64,000 nt of DNA from an uncultured delta proteobacterium. Lineage in GTDB: Bacteria; Myxococcota_A; Polyangia; Polyangiales; Houyiibacteriaceae. The notes beneath the pieces were generated by a model. It did no database searches, was not told where the DNA came from, and saw only the letters and a program-made list of their open reading frames with translations. The translations under genes and the position numbers were made by a program. Shown here piece after piece: positions 11,518 to 21,294 of the stretch. Position 1 is the stretch's first letter. Each line of letters starts with the position of its first letter. The stretch is taken from NCBI GenBank assembly GCA_963699755.1, contig CAVOVB010000007.1:64001-128000 (forward strand), read 5' to 3'.

Positions 11518-12531
11518 TCAGGGTGTCTTCTCGAGCTCCCCCTCGTGGAGCACGGGGCTCGTATGGATGACGACGCCGACCGCGAGGACCCAGCTGTCGG
11601 CGACCGGTACCACATCGATGCCGGTAGGCGCATTCAAGTAGACGAACGGATTCCAGCCGACTTGCGCAAACACATCCAGCATGACGATGTTCTTGAGCAC
11701 GTGGGAGTAGCCACCGCCGATGATGAGCGGGACGAGAACCTGGTTGCGGGCCACTGGAAACGCGAGGCTCCCGTCATCGAAGCTTCCCCCGGTCACGTTG
11801 CGTGCGAGGTTCTGAAACGAAAATCCGCTCTCGCCGAAGAGGAAGCCCGAAGGGGTGACGCTATAGGTGGCTTTGACCGGGAGGTCGACGTTGAGGCCCG
11901 CGCCATTGGAGAGCACGACGACCTGTGCGCCGGTGTCGACGGTGACGGGCGCGCGAGCGCGAATGCGCATCGGTAGACCGAGTGTGAGGGCGAGATTGGT
12001 TCCCGTTGGCAAGAGCAAGACCAGGTCGCCTGCCATCTCGAGGTAGTCCCTTTGAAGGAAGCTGTAGCGGACGTAGAGCGGCATGTCGCCAAAGCCTCCC
12101 TCTGGGGAGACGACGATGGGAAACAACGCTTGGCCCGCGTTCGCGGATGGCGAGCCGATCCGGTGGCCGCTGACTCCGACTTCTAGATTCTCGCGGACGC
12201 CGAACGCCCATCCGAGGTCGATGGCGACCAAGGGCTTGCTGGCCAGCATGCCGGTCTCTCGGTCGTAGGCCGCACGCTTGACGTGGACGATGAAGGACCC
12301 GCGAATCATGAACGGCTCCATGGTCAGCGGGCGTGATGCGATGGCTTTGGGATAGCGCCAGCCCGGGGCCGCAGTCACCGTGACCGCCTCACCGACGCTG
12401 GTTTGCTCGACGATCGTCTCGGTTTCTGGTTTCACCGGCTGGGCTTCCTCGGCGGCATCCTCGTCGGCGGCTGCGACGGCTGTGACGAGCCCCAGGCCGA
12501 GGGCGAAAGTAAGCGGTCCGCGACGACGCAT
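11518..12531 (-). CDS. Hypothetical exported, probable beta-barrel protein
   Basis: Signal peptide MRRRGPLTFALGLGLVTAVAAA; alternating hydrophobic strands; alternative start 12549. Confidence 0.65.
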   Translation of the reverse strand: MRRRGPLTFALGLGLVTAVAAADEDAAEEAQPVKPETETIVEQTSVGEAVTVTAAPGWRYPKAIASRPLTMEPFMIRGSFIVHVKRAAYDRETGMLASKPLVAIDLGWAFGVRENLEVGVSGHRIGSPSANAGQALFPIVVSPEGGFGDMPLYVRYSFLQRDYLEMAGDLVLLLPTGTNLALTLGLPMRIRARAPVTVDTGAQVVVLSNGAGLNVDLPVKATYSVTPSGFLFGESGFSFQNLARNVTGGSFDDGSLAFPVARNQVLVPLIIGGGYSHVLKNIVMLDVFAQVGWNPFVYLNAPTGIDVVPVADSWVLAVGVVIHTSPVLHEGELEKTP

Positions 12532-12674
12532 CGGAGGCGAGGCTAGCACCGTTCTCTCATAGGGCGCATCGGTCTATCGACAGGCACTCCCGCCGACCTT
12601 CACTGGGCCCGATTCGATGCTCGGCGCGATGGCGTAGAGGAGACCGACGCCCGCCGATGAGCTAGGAAGAGCGC

Positions 12675-14036
12675 ATGGATACGAGCAAGCCACGAGTCGT
12701 GATCGTTGGGGGCGGGTTCGCTGGGGTTGCCGCCGCGAGAGCGCTACGGCTCGCGGAGGCCAACGTCGTCGTGATCGATAAACACAACCACCACTTGTTT
12801 CAGCCCCTCCTCTATCAGGTGGCGACGGCCGCGTTGCACCCCGGGGCGATCGCTTCACCGATTCGAAACGTCCTGAGCAAACAGGCAAATTGCCGAGTGC
12901 TGATGAAGGAAGTCGACGGGGTCGATGTATCTGCCCAGACGATCATGCTCGGCGGCGAACCCTACACCTACGACTATCTGGTGCTCGCGACCGGCCTCGA
13001 GACCAACTACTTCGGCAATGACCAGTGGAAGAAGTACGCACCTGGGCTCAAGACCATCGACGAAGCGATCGACGTGCGAGCGCGTTTCCTGCTCGCATTC
13101 GAGCAGGCGGAGTTCGAACAAGACCAAGCCGCCAAGCGGGCCGCTCTGACGTTCGCGATCGTCGGGGCGGGCCCCACGGGCGTCGAGATGGCGGGATCGC
13201 TCGCCGAAATCGCCGAAACGGTCAGAAAGGACTTTCGCTCCATCGACACGAGGACGGCTCGAATCATCGTGCTGGACTTCGCCGACCGCGTCCTGACTCC
13301 GTATCATCCCGACTTGTCTGCGCGCGCGATGCGGGACCTCGAAAGTCTTGGGGTGGAGGTCTTGCTCCGGACACGGGTCACCGACGTCGATGACAAAGGG
13401 CTCACCGCGCAGACGCCGGACGGGGAAATTCGGATCGACGCAAACAACGTGATCTGGGCGGCTGGCGTGAAAGGGGGCCCGCTCGGCGAGGCACTGGGCG
13501 CTGCACTCGACCGTTCCGGCCGCGTGATCGTAGGCGAGGATCTCACCATCCCCGGCCATCCCAACGTCTTCGTCACCGGCGATCTCGCACTTCGAGTCGA
13601 TCCGGTCACCGGCCAGTCCGTGCCCGCGGTTGCACAGGGCGCGATTCAAGGTGGCAAGTACGCGGGCCAACTAATCGCCGCCGAGATCAAGGCTCTCGCT
13701 AGAGGCGAGCCGGCTCCGGAACGCAAGGCGTTTCACTACCAAGATCGAGGCTCGATGGCGATCATCGGACGCAACCGCGCGATCGTGGAGACGGGCAAGC
13801 TGCGCTTCGGTGGATACCTTGCGTTCTTGATGTGGGCGCTGATCCACATCCTGTTCCTGATCGATTTCCGCACGAAGCTGGTCGTCTTCGTCGAGTGGGT
13901 CTGGCTCTACTTCACCGGAGGCCGCGGCGCGCGTCTGATCACGGGTGACGACCGGATGCCCAAGATCATCAAGCCCCCACCGGACTTTCGTATCGCGGCC
14001 CGCGAATCAAATCCGCACGCCGACATCGCCGACTAG
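12675..14036 (+). CDS. ndh: Type II NADH dehydrogenase
   Basis: VIVGGGFAG, HLFQPLLYQVAT, VGAGPTGVEMAG, WAAGV, YQDRGSMAIIGR, C-terminal membrane helix. Confidence 0.92.
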   Translation: MDTSKPRVVIVGGGFAGVAAARALRLAEANVVVIDKHNHHLFQPLLYQVATAALHPGAIASPIRNVLSKQANCRVLMKEVDGVDVSAQTIMLGGEPYTYDYLVLATGLETNYFGNDQWKKYAPGLKTIDEAIDVRARFLLAFEQAEFEQDQAAKRAALTFAIVGAGPTGVEMAGSLAEIAETVRKDFRSIDTRTARIIVLDFADRVLTPYHPDLSARAMRDLESLGVEVLLRTRVTDVDDKGLTAQTPDGEIRIDANNVIWAAGVKGGPLGEALGAALDRSGRVIVGEDLTIPGHPNVFVTGDLALRVDPVTGQSVPAVAQGAIQGGKYAGQLIAAEIKALARGEPAPERKAFHYQDRGSMAIIGRNRAIVETGKLRFGGYLAFLMWALIHILFLIDFRTKLVVFVEWVWLYFTGGRGARLITGDDRMPKIIKPPPDFRIAARESNPHADIAD

Positions 14037-14042
14037 GGGACG

Positions 14043-14070
14043 CGCGATACGGGCGACTCGGTGTATCGCG
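14043..14070. terminator. Hairpin between convergent ndh and crtB
   Basis: CGCGATAC-N12-GTATCGCG; no U-tract. Confidence 0.3.
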
Positions 14071-14091
14071 GTCATCCATCGTCCGTGGGCG

Positions 14092-15036
14092 TTAGCTGCC
14101 CGCGTAAGGCAGACCGTCTAGGTACTCTCGAAGTTGTTTTCGATGGGACGCTCTCGGTGGCCGGATCGCCAACCTGAGCCACATCCCGGTCGCACCGACA
14201 ACGAGGGCTAGCTTCTTGGACCATGGAACCACGACTCGGCCAAGGAGCGGGTTGCTCTGGAAACGGCGCCGAAGCCGCCGACCAATGCCTTCATACAAGC
14301 GGCTTGCGACGAGGATCGCCCACCGGGCCCGTGCCGGCAAAAAGAGCATCCCCTCGTCCGCACTCCGATAGTAGCCGTCCGCCATGGCGAGCACTTCGTC
14401 GACGACCAAGCTCACGGCCTGCGGGTCCGCTTCGCCTCGGATGAGATCATCAGCGTCCACACCGTAGGCATCGAGCCGCGTGGCCGGCAGGTACACCCTC
14501 GACGCCTGCGCATCCTCGAGCACGTCCCGGGCGATGTTGGTCAGTTGCATCGCAATACCGAGGTCAATCGCGTAACGCCATGCACGCGGATCGCGAACGC
14601 CCAGCACCGAGCACATCATCAAGCCCACGGTGCCGGCAACGCGGTAGCAGTACCGCATTAGCTCCCGGTCGGACTGAAGTCGCACAACGCCGAGATCCGA
14701 CGTCATCCCGTTGAGTAGCTCGCCTACGACGCGAAAATCGATGCCGCACTCGATACAGAGGCTCCGAAACCAACGGTAGCTCTCAGGCCAGAGGGACTCC
14801 CCGTCCGGCTCCGCTGCGAGCGCCGCCCGCATCCGGTCGAGGTCTTGCCGCGCCTCAGGCGTCACGAACTCGGCATCCGCGAGATCATCGACTGCTCGGC
14901 AAAATGCGTAAAGGGCCACCACCCTTTGGCGCTGCGCCCGACTCAGCAGTGCCGCTGCCCAACGGAAGGAACGCGCACGGAATGCCAAAATCTGCCACTG
15001 TGCGATCGCACGGGTCTGCTCGTCGTCTGTGCTCAT
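14092..15036 (-). CDS. crtB: Phytoene synthase
   Basis: RSF, LYAFCRAVDDLAD, YCYRVAGTVG, LGIAMQLTNIARDVLED, RVYLP. Confidence 0.96.
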   Translation of the reverse strand: MSTDDEQTRAIAQWQILAFRARSFRWAAALLSRAQRQRVVALYAFCRAVDDLADAEFVTPEARQDLDRMRAALAAEPDGESLWPESYRWFRSLCIECGIDFRVVGELLNGMTSDLGVVRLQSDRELMRYCYRVAGTVGLMMCSVLGVRDPRAWRYAIDLGIAMQLTNIARDVLEDAQASRVYLPATRLDAYGVDADDLIRGEADPQAVSLVVDEVLAMADGYYRSADEGMLFLPARARWAILVASRLYEGIGRRLRRRFQSNPLLGRVVVPWSKKLALVVGATGMWLRLAIRPPRASHRKQLREYLDGLPYAGS

Positions 15037-16550
15037 GCCGTCGCCGCTTCTGGTACCGATACCGACTGGCTCTGGCTCTCGAGCCGGGGCACGACCTTTT
15101 CCAGCACCTTGGCCGAGGACAAAACGCCTGGAAGACCAGCCCCTGGGTGGACCCCTGCACCGACGAAGTAGAGGCCTGCGACGTCTTCCGATGCATTGTG
15201 GAAACGGAAGTAGGCCGATTGACGCAAGGTGGGTTCGAGACCGAACGCCGCACCCTGGTACGAACGGAGCTCGTGCTCGAAGTAGTTCGGATCGACGTGG
15301 AACTGCGTGACCAGATTGTCACGAAGCCCGGGGAGGTGATGCGCATCGAGTGCGTCGAGGATCCGGTCCATGTAGCGAGGGCCCTCAGTTGACCAGTCGA
15401 GACCGCTCTGCTGGTTGGGAACGGGAGATAGGACATAGAAGCTCTCTCCGCCAAGAGGCGCCAAGCTCGCATCGGTGCGCGTGGGAGCGTGAAGATAGAG
15501 AGAGAAGTCGTCGGCAAGCTTTTTGCGGTCGAAGACGTCGGTCAAGAGCTCGCGGTACCGCGGGCCAAGGAGGATCGAGTGGTGCGCGAGGTCTGGGAAC
15601 GTCTTTTTCGTCCCGAAATAACCCACGAAGAGGCTCATCGAATAGCGCCTTCGTGCAACCGAAGCGTCGGAGTGCTTTCGTCGCGCCGAGGCGTCGATCA
15701 GATTCGTGTAGACCATGGCCGGATCTGCATTCGAAACGACGAGAGCAGACTCGAGAAAGGTTCCGTCTTCGAGAAGCACCCCCTTCGCGCGACCATTCAC
15801 GACCTCGATGCGCTCTACGGGTGCGTCGAGTCGAACATCGACGCCAACTTCGCCGAGGAGGCGGGTCAGCCCGCGGACGATGGCCGTGGTCCCTCCCATC
15901 GCGAAGTGGATCCCCCACTTCCGTTCGAGCCAGTGGATCAGCAGGTAGATCGCCGGCGCTCGGAAGGGGTTTCCGCCGATCAGCAATGGCTGGAACGTGA
16001 ACACCTGCCGTAGAGCGTCGTCTTTGATGTAATGCGACACCAGGCCGTAGAGGCTCTTATAGGCGCGCAAGCGTACGAGATCTGGGACGATTCGCATCAT
16101 GTCCCCGAAGCGCGAGAAGTCTGCGTCGACGAGCTGGGTGTATCCGACGTCGAAGATGCGCCTCGAGTGCTCGACGAGCTGCTTGTAGCCTTCGACGTCG
16201 CTCGGGTTGAACTCGGCGATCTGCGCGAAGAGGCGCTCGTCGTCACCCACGTAGTCAAAGGCCCGACCGTCGGGAAACACGACACGATAGAAGGGGTCGA
16301 CAGGGACCAGGTCGAAGTAGTCTCGTCGGTCTTTGCCGAAAAGCTCGAACAGCTCGTCGAAGAGATGGGGGGCCGTGATGACCGTGGGGCCAGCATCGAA
16401 GTGAAAGCCCTCGCGTTCAAACGCACGTGCCCGGCCACCAGGCTGATCGCCCGCTTCAACGACCGTGACGCTATGGCCCATGGCGCGGAGACGGACTGCG
16501 GCAGCGAGTCCTCCGAAGCCCGCGCCAATCACGATGGCTTGCTTAGTCAT
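15033..16550 (-). CDS. crtI: Phytoene desaturase
   Basis: IGAGFGGLA, FDAGPTVIT, SMSLFV, DFSLYLHAP, GAGVHPGAGLPGV. Confidence 0.96.
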   Translation of the reverse strand: MTKQAIVIGAGFGGLAAAVRLRAMGHSVTVVEAGDQPGGRARAFEREGFHFDAGPTVITAPHLFDELFELFGKDRRDYFDLVPVDPFYRVVFPDGRAFDYVGDDERLFAQIAEFNPSDVEGYKQLVEHSRRIFDVGYTQLVDADFSRFGDMMRIVPDLVRLRAYKSLYGLVSHYIKDDALRQVFTFQPLLIGGNPFRAPAIYLLIHWLERKWGIHFAMGGTTAIVRGLTRLLGEVGVDVRLDAPVERIEVVNGRAKGVLLEDGTFLESALVVSNADPAMVYTNLIDASARRKHSDASVARRRYSMSLFVGYFGTKKTFPDLAHHSILLGPRYRELLTDVFDRKKLADDFSLYLHAPTRTDASLAPLGGESFYVLSPVPNQQSGLDWSTEGPRYMDRILDALDAHHLPGLRDNLVTQFHVDPNYFEHELRSYQGAAFGLEPTLRQSAYFRFHNASEDVAGLYFVGAGVHPGAGLPGVLSSAKVLEKVVPRLESQSQSVSVPEAATA

Positions 16551-17937
16551 GATCTGCGCCTTTCGCTGCGTCCAAGGGGGCAAGCATGCGGTGGACCGGC
16601 TGGCGAATCCGGCCGCGTGCCGCGCTCTCCCCCGACTCTGCCGCGACCTGCACCAAGGACGCGTTGGAGCGTTTGCCGCTGGCGTCTAGGTGCTCGTGAA
16701 CGATCCGTGCCCCGGGGCGTTGAAGGACGGATCTCAGGAGGGGAGCTGCGCCGGCCGACAGGCCCGTTCGAAGAAGGTGCCACTTGACGGACGCGGGGAG
16801 GCTACCAAACAGCTGCGTCATCACCACGGCGAGCCTAGACGGAGACAAGGTGCCCGACAAGAAGCCCGACCAGGCGTGCGTTGGGAGCTGGAAAAACGTA
16901 TCGAAGAATCGCGCGATCTCCGTCGCACTCATGCTGACGAGCGTTTCTAGGCCAAAGCCATAGATCTCCCAGACGCTTCGCTGTGGGCGCGGCCAGAGCG
17001 TTGCGTTCCCGGAGGCAATTGCAAGGGCGGGATCGTCTAATGCGAGTCCAGCGAGAATCGACTCGGCGACAGGATCTGCGTGCCGCAGAACGCGCGAAAT
17101 CAAGTAGCCTGACGCGGGATGCACCATGGCCCCGGCCGCACCAAAGGGGACCAAAGCCTGTCGAGGCGCCGGAAGGCCGAGGCCCATCGGGATGGAACAG
17201 TGCTCTTCGCTTAGGCGCTCGCACTCCCCTAAGCCGAGCCCTGCCAGGCGCGACTCCAGGCGCGCACGGAGCAGATCGAGACGCATGGCGGGGCGCCGCG
17301 CGAGCGAGGTCTCCTCGACGAAAAGACGATCTTCTCCAAGCGGAAGCACGTAAAGAAAGGACGGAGGATCGGACGCGGAGCTCGACGGTTCGCCGAAATC
17401 CATCAAGACCATTCGGCTCGGATCGAACCGGTGATCAGGCGCGCGGAGCATCAGGCCGAACGCGGTTTGAAACGCAGGGGCTCGCTGATGCACGCGTTTG
17501 ATGAATCGGCTGCCAGCACCGGACGCGTCGATGACGACTCGGACACGGCTGATCGAGCCATCTTCCCCATGCACCCGAGTCTCCCCCTCACGGTGATCCA
17601 AGCCAGTCGCCCGATCTGAGGTGACGCAAAGGGAACCGGTGCGCAGCGTGTCCCATAGGAAGCCCTGAAGCCCGCGGGTGTCGAGCTTGACGTAGGGCCG
17701 CTCGAGAACCCGGTTCCCCCATGGCGTCGCCACGCAGACCTCAGGCCAGAGCTGCTCGACCAGGTCCTCCATCGCACGGGGTAGCTCATCCGCCCACAGG
17801 CAGTAGTTCGGCTTCCATGGTGATTCAGGCGCAGGGGAGATCAGAGCGACCGACGCGCCGCGTCGGGCACAGGCCGCGGCGATGGCCAGGGCAGCGGGAC
17901 CGCTTCCGAGAATTCCTATGTCGTGGAGGTCGTCCAT
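16543..17937 (-). CDS. Lycopene cyclase, CrtL/CrtY flavoprotein family
   Basis: GSGPAALA, PNYCLWADE, FQTAFG, MVLMDF, SFLYVLP, FVEETSL, AGAMVHPASGY. Confidence 0.92.
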   Translation of the reverse strand: MDDLHDIGILGSGPAALAIAAACARRGASVALISPAPESPWKPNYCLWADELPRAMEDLVEQLWPEVCVATPWGNRVLERPYVKLDTRGLQGFLWDTLRTGSLCVTSDRATGLDHREGETRVHGEDGSISRVRVVIDASGAGSRFIKRVHQRAPAFQTAFGLMLRAPDHRFDPSRMVLMDFGEPSSSASDPPSFLYVLPLGEDRLFVEETSLARRPAMRLDLLRARLESRLAGLGLGECERLSEEHCSIPMGLGLPAPRQALVPFGAAGAMVHPASGYLISRVLRHADPVAESILAGLALDDPALAIASGNATLWPRPQRSVWEIYGFGLETLVSMSATEIARFFDTFFQLPTHAWSGFLSGTLSPSRLAVVMTQLFGSLPASVKWHLLRTGLSAGAAPLLRSVLQRPGARIVHEHLDASGKRSNASLVQVAAESGESAARGRIRQPVHRMLAPLDAAKGADHD

Positions 17938-17979
17938 GGAGAAGTTGACGAATCAAGCGTATGCGACCAAAAGGTCACG

Positions 17980-18018
17980 TTGACAAGATCTGGACAACAT
18001 ATCGACCGATAGTGGACG
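17980..18018. promoter_or_regulatory. Four 11-bp-phased TnGAC direct repeats, candidate CarH/CarA-type operator
   Basis: TTGACA 17980, TGGACA 17991, TCGACC 18002, TGGACG 18013, between the divergent crt genes. Confidence 0.7.
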
Positions 18019-18069
18019 CATGGGATTAAGGATTCTGCTTACGTCGAACATCGGCGGGAGCCTCCGCAC

Positions 18070-19680
18070 GTGATTGGCTGGTGGTTGATCGTCTCTGCCA
18101 TCTTGCTCGCGGCATGGCTAGTCGTGCGGCGCGGCAAGCTGACCCTGGCCCTCGCGGCTCTGGTCGAGCGAAAGCTTGGAGGCTACCGGCACCAGGCGAA
18201 CGAGATCGATCGCAGCCTGCCACGAATGCAGACCGCGGAGGCCCCTCGCGTGGCTGTGCTCGGCGGCGGCTTGGCCGGAATCGGCGCGGCGGCGGCGCTA
18301 GGCGAACGAGGAGTCGCCGTCACGCTATTCGAACGGAACGAGTACCTCGGGGGGAAGATCGGCGCGTGGAAAGTCGCTGTGGGCGAGGGGGAGCAGACCA
18401 TCGAGCACGGATTTCATGCCTTCTTTCGGCAGTACTACAACCTCAACCGGTTTCTCGACCGTCTGGGCGTTCGCGATGGCTTCCGCGAGATCGAAGACTA
18501 CTTGATTCTCGATAGCGAGCGGCGACCGCTGAGCTTCAGAGATGTCGAAACGGTCCCTGCGCTCAACATCGTGGACCTTGGGCGGCGCGGATTTTTCCGA
18601 TGGCGCGATGTCATCGCGAAGCGAACCCGAGACCAGCTCGATGCGTTCATTCGCTTCGACATAGAGCATGCCTACGAGGCATTCGACGAGATGTCGTTTG
18701 AACGCTTCTGCGATGAAGCTGTGCTGCCGACTGAGCTCGGCGTGACGTTTCGAACCTTCGCCCGCGCATTTTTCTCGCACGAGGCGGATCTCTCTACGGC
18801 TGACGTGCTCCGCGCTTTTCACTTCTACTATCTCAGCCACGACCATGGCTTGATGTACGACTATCCGCTTGGGGACTACGAGACGACGCTCCTAGTGCCG
18901 ATCCGGACGGACTTGGAGGCGCACGACGTCGAGCTGCGCCTGGGCACGCCGGTTGACGGCATCGAGCGCGGTGACCGCAGGCGCTTCCGGATCGGAGGCG
19001 AGGAGTACGACTGGGTGGTGATCGCGGCGGACATCCCAGGGATGAAACAGATCGTCGACGGCTCGGATTGGCTCAAAAAAGCGCACCCTGATTTCGTGGC
19101 GAACATGCAGGCGCTGCGCACCTCACATGGATATGCGGTGTGGCGCATTTGGGTGGAGCGGGACGTCCGGCCAGGCTTGCCTACCTTCATCAACGTCGAG
19201 CGCAAACGCGTGCTCGACTCAGTCACTCTCTATCACCGCATCACCGACGAGGCCTGCGCCTGGGCAAAGGCTCATGGTGGCGGCGCGGTCCTCGAGCTCC
19301 ACAGCTACGCCTTGCCAGCAGGCATCGAGGACGAGGGGGAGTTGCGACGCGTCTTTCTCGAAGAGCTCGAGTATTACTTCCCCGAGCTCGCGGGGCTCTC
19401 GATCACGGAGGAGGTCTTGCAGGTCCGTCATGACTTCCCAGCGTTTGCCCCCGGGCAGCGTGCCTACCGACCCGAGCCGAGCCTGCCCATCGAGGGATTG
19501 CTCATCGCAGGCGATTGGGTCCGCCTGCCCTACCCCATGACACACATGGAGGCCGCGTTTACCTCGGGTCTGCTCTGCGCCAACGCGATCTTCGACTCTC
19601 TGGGCCTTCAGCAAGAGCCGATTTACACGGTAGCGCCCAAAGGACTGCTCCAGCCCAAAACGGTCCGCGAACGCGATTGA
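18070..19680 (+). CDS. crtU: CrtU-like carotenoid aromatase (isorenieratene synthase family), FAD-dependent
   Basis: VLGGGLAG, GFHAFFRQYYNL, FHFYYL, GGAVLELHSYA, AGDWVRLP...MEAAFTSGLLCAN; divergent from the crt genes. Confidence 0.75.
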   Translation: MIGWWLIVSAILLAAWLVVRRGKLTLALAALVERKLGGYRHQANEIDRSLPRMQTAEAPRVAVLGGGLAGIGAAAALGERGVAVTLFERNEYLGGKIGAWKVAVGEGEQTIEHGFHAFFRQYYNLNRFLDRLGVRDGFREIEDYLILDSERRPLSFRDVETVPALNIVDLGRRGFFRWRDVIAKRTRDQLDAFIRFDIEHAYEAFDEMSFERFCDEAVLPTELGVTFRTFARAFFSHEADLSTADVLRAFHFYYLSHDHGLMYDYPLGDYETTLLVPIRTDLEAHDVELRLGTPVDGIERGDRRRFRIGGEEYDWVVIAADIPGMKQIVDGSDWLKKAHPDFVANMQALRTSHGYAVWRIWVERDVRPGLPTFINVERKRVLDSVTLYHRITDEACAWAKAHGGGAVLELHSYALPAGIEDEGELRRVFLEELEYYFPELAGLSITEEVLQVRHDFPAFAPGQRAYRPEPSLPIEGLLIAGDWVRLPYPMTHMEAAFTSGLLCANAIFDSLGLQQEPIYTVAPKGLLQPKTVRERD

Positions 19681-19759
19681 CTGCGGTTTCGAATCAGAGG
19701 TGGCGCAGCGCCAGGCCCCCGGCGCGACGAGGGTGTTCTACGGGGTCCGCGTCAAGAAA

Positions 19760-20707
19760 CTAGTACTGCAGCCCGAGCGCGTCTCTGTAGTCCCCGTCCT
19801 CGACCGAGTTGTGGTGCCAATAGTCGTCGACGACCGCGTGGGTTCTCACTGCGGTGGTTCGGAATGGGCCCTCGGTTTCTTCCCACGCTTGGATGACGTG
19901 GGGGAACTCGGGCTCGTAGTAGATCACGAGCTTGCGACCGAGCGGCGGATAGTCAATCTCGAGCGCGGTAACGGGTTGCTCGACCAGATCGGTCTCTGCG
20001 TCAGGTCTGCGGCTGACGACAGCCGGATAGGCTCGCAGGGCCTTGTGGCGTAATCGGATGTAGTCGAGCGCAGGGACCAGCTCCTGTGGCCCTACCGCTA
20101 TGCGTCCGGGCGCGATTCGAATCTGGGCCCAGAGTCCGTCCTCGAGGGCCGCATCGGGGAGGATGACTTCTTGGTCCGCGTCATCCTGAAAGTAGGAATG
20201 CAGCAGAGTGTGGAGGCCGTCGCGGCGGCGATTGATCTGGCTATAGACCTGGCCGCACCATTCACCAATCGTGCTGCTGAGCTTCAGCGTCGGGTCACCT
20301 CGGGCCGGCGTGAAGGACGACGTCATGATCGTGTACGGATAGATTCCGGTGTAGAACCGCCGGTGCCCGTTGAGCTTGAGGACCGAGAGAGCGTCCGCTG
20401 CATCGCCATGCTCCTGTTTGACCTGCAGCTTGGGAAGAAAATCCTCCGTGACGAAGATCAGGACCGCCTCGCCGTCATGTACCTCACCGTAGCGGGCCTG
20501 GCGGAGGGAATAGCGAGTTAGCTCGGCTTTGCCTTGGTACCAGTAGGATTCGAAGGAGCCGTGTTCCCGAGCAAAGCTCTCGGGCGAAGGCAGGGAGATG
20601 CCGCTCGAGGATCGAGGCAAAGCCGCGCCATGTTGAGCGCGCTCGGACTTCCCCTCGCACCCGAAGACGATGGGCACGAGCAACAGATAGCTGAGATAGC
20701 GAAGCAT
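19760..20707 (-). CDS. Hypothetical lipoprotein
   Basis: Lipobox VFG-C; conserved-looking YWYQGKAELTRYSLRQARYGE, IFVTEDF, EWCGQ. Confidence 0.8.
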   Translation of the reverse strand: MLRYLSYLLLVPIVFGCEGKSERAQHGAALPRSSSGISLPSPESFAREHGSFESYWYQGKAELTRYSLRQARYGEVHDGEAVLIFVTEDFLPKLQVKQEHGDAADALSVLKLNGHRRFYTGIYPYTIMTSSFTPARGDPTLKLSSTIGEWCGQVYSQINRRRDGLHTLLHSYFQDDADQEVILPDAALEDGLWAQIRIAPGRIAVGPQELVPALDYIRLRHKALRAYPAVVSRRPDAETDLVEQPVTALEIDYPPLGRKLVIYYEPEFPHVIQAWEETEGPFRTTAVRTHAVVDDYWHHNSVEDGDYRDALGLQY

Positions 20708-20877
20708 GGGAAAGGCATAGGGACCGGCGAGAGCTCTGCAAGGCGCCTGCCCCGCACGAACATCACCGTCCCTACCCCATGCGCGGCGAAATGCTCCGAA
20801 AAACGATAGCTAGCGAGCCGACCTCAACGCAGGCTTGATGAGAACCGAGTGTTGAATGACGCCACGGCTCGGTCCTC

Positions 20878-21228
20878 GTGGCGCTCGACATGCTGGGTCT
20901 TGGCTTCAGCGACGAGCCGGACCCGCACGCATGGAGCACCATGGAGCAGGCAGACCTCTGGGAAGCCCTCGCTATCGAACGCCGGCTCGCGAAGTTCCAC
21001 GTTCTCGCGCATGACTACGGCGACACGGTCGCGCAAGAGCTGCCAGCCAGGCGAAACGAAGGGAGCGGCGTGGGCACCTGGCTCTGCGTCTGCTTTCTCG
21101 ACGGAGGCCTCTTTCCGGAGACACACCGGGCACGTTTGCTCCAGAAGCTTCTTCTGGAGCCCCCTAGGACCAATGGTCAACCGACTCGCCACGAAGCGCA
21201 GGTTCGATTAGTCCATCGGCCCGGCTGA
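20878..21228 (+). pseudogene. Alpha/beta hydrolase (Mest-like) internal fragment
   Basis: ALDMLGLGFSDEP...EQAD...HVLAHDYGDTVAQEL...GGLFPETHR; N-terminal HG motif and C-terminal His region missing. Confidence 0.75.
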
Positions 21229-21294
21229 AGCATCTGACTCGATCGTGTTGCGCGCCGCCCGGCTTGGCCGTGGCGCGCTGGGCGAGCTCTGCGC

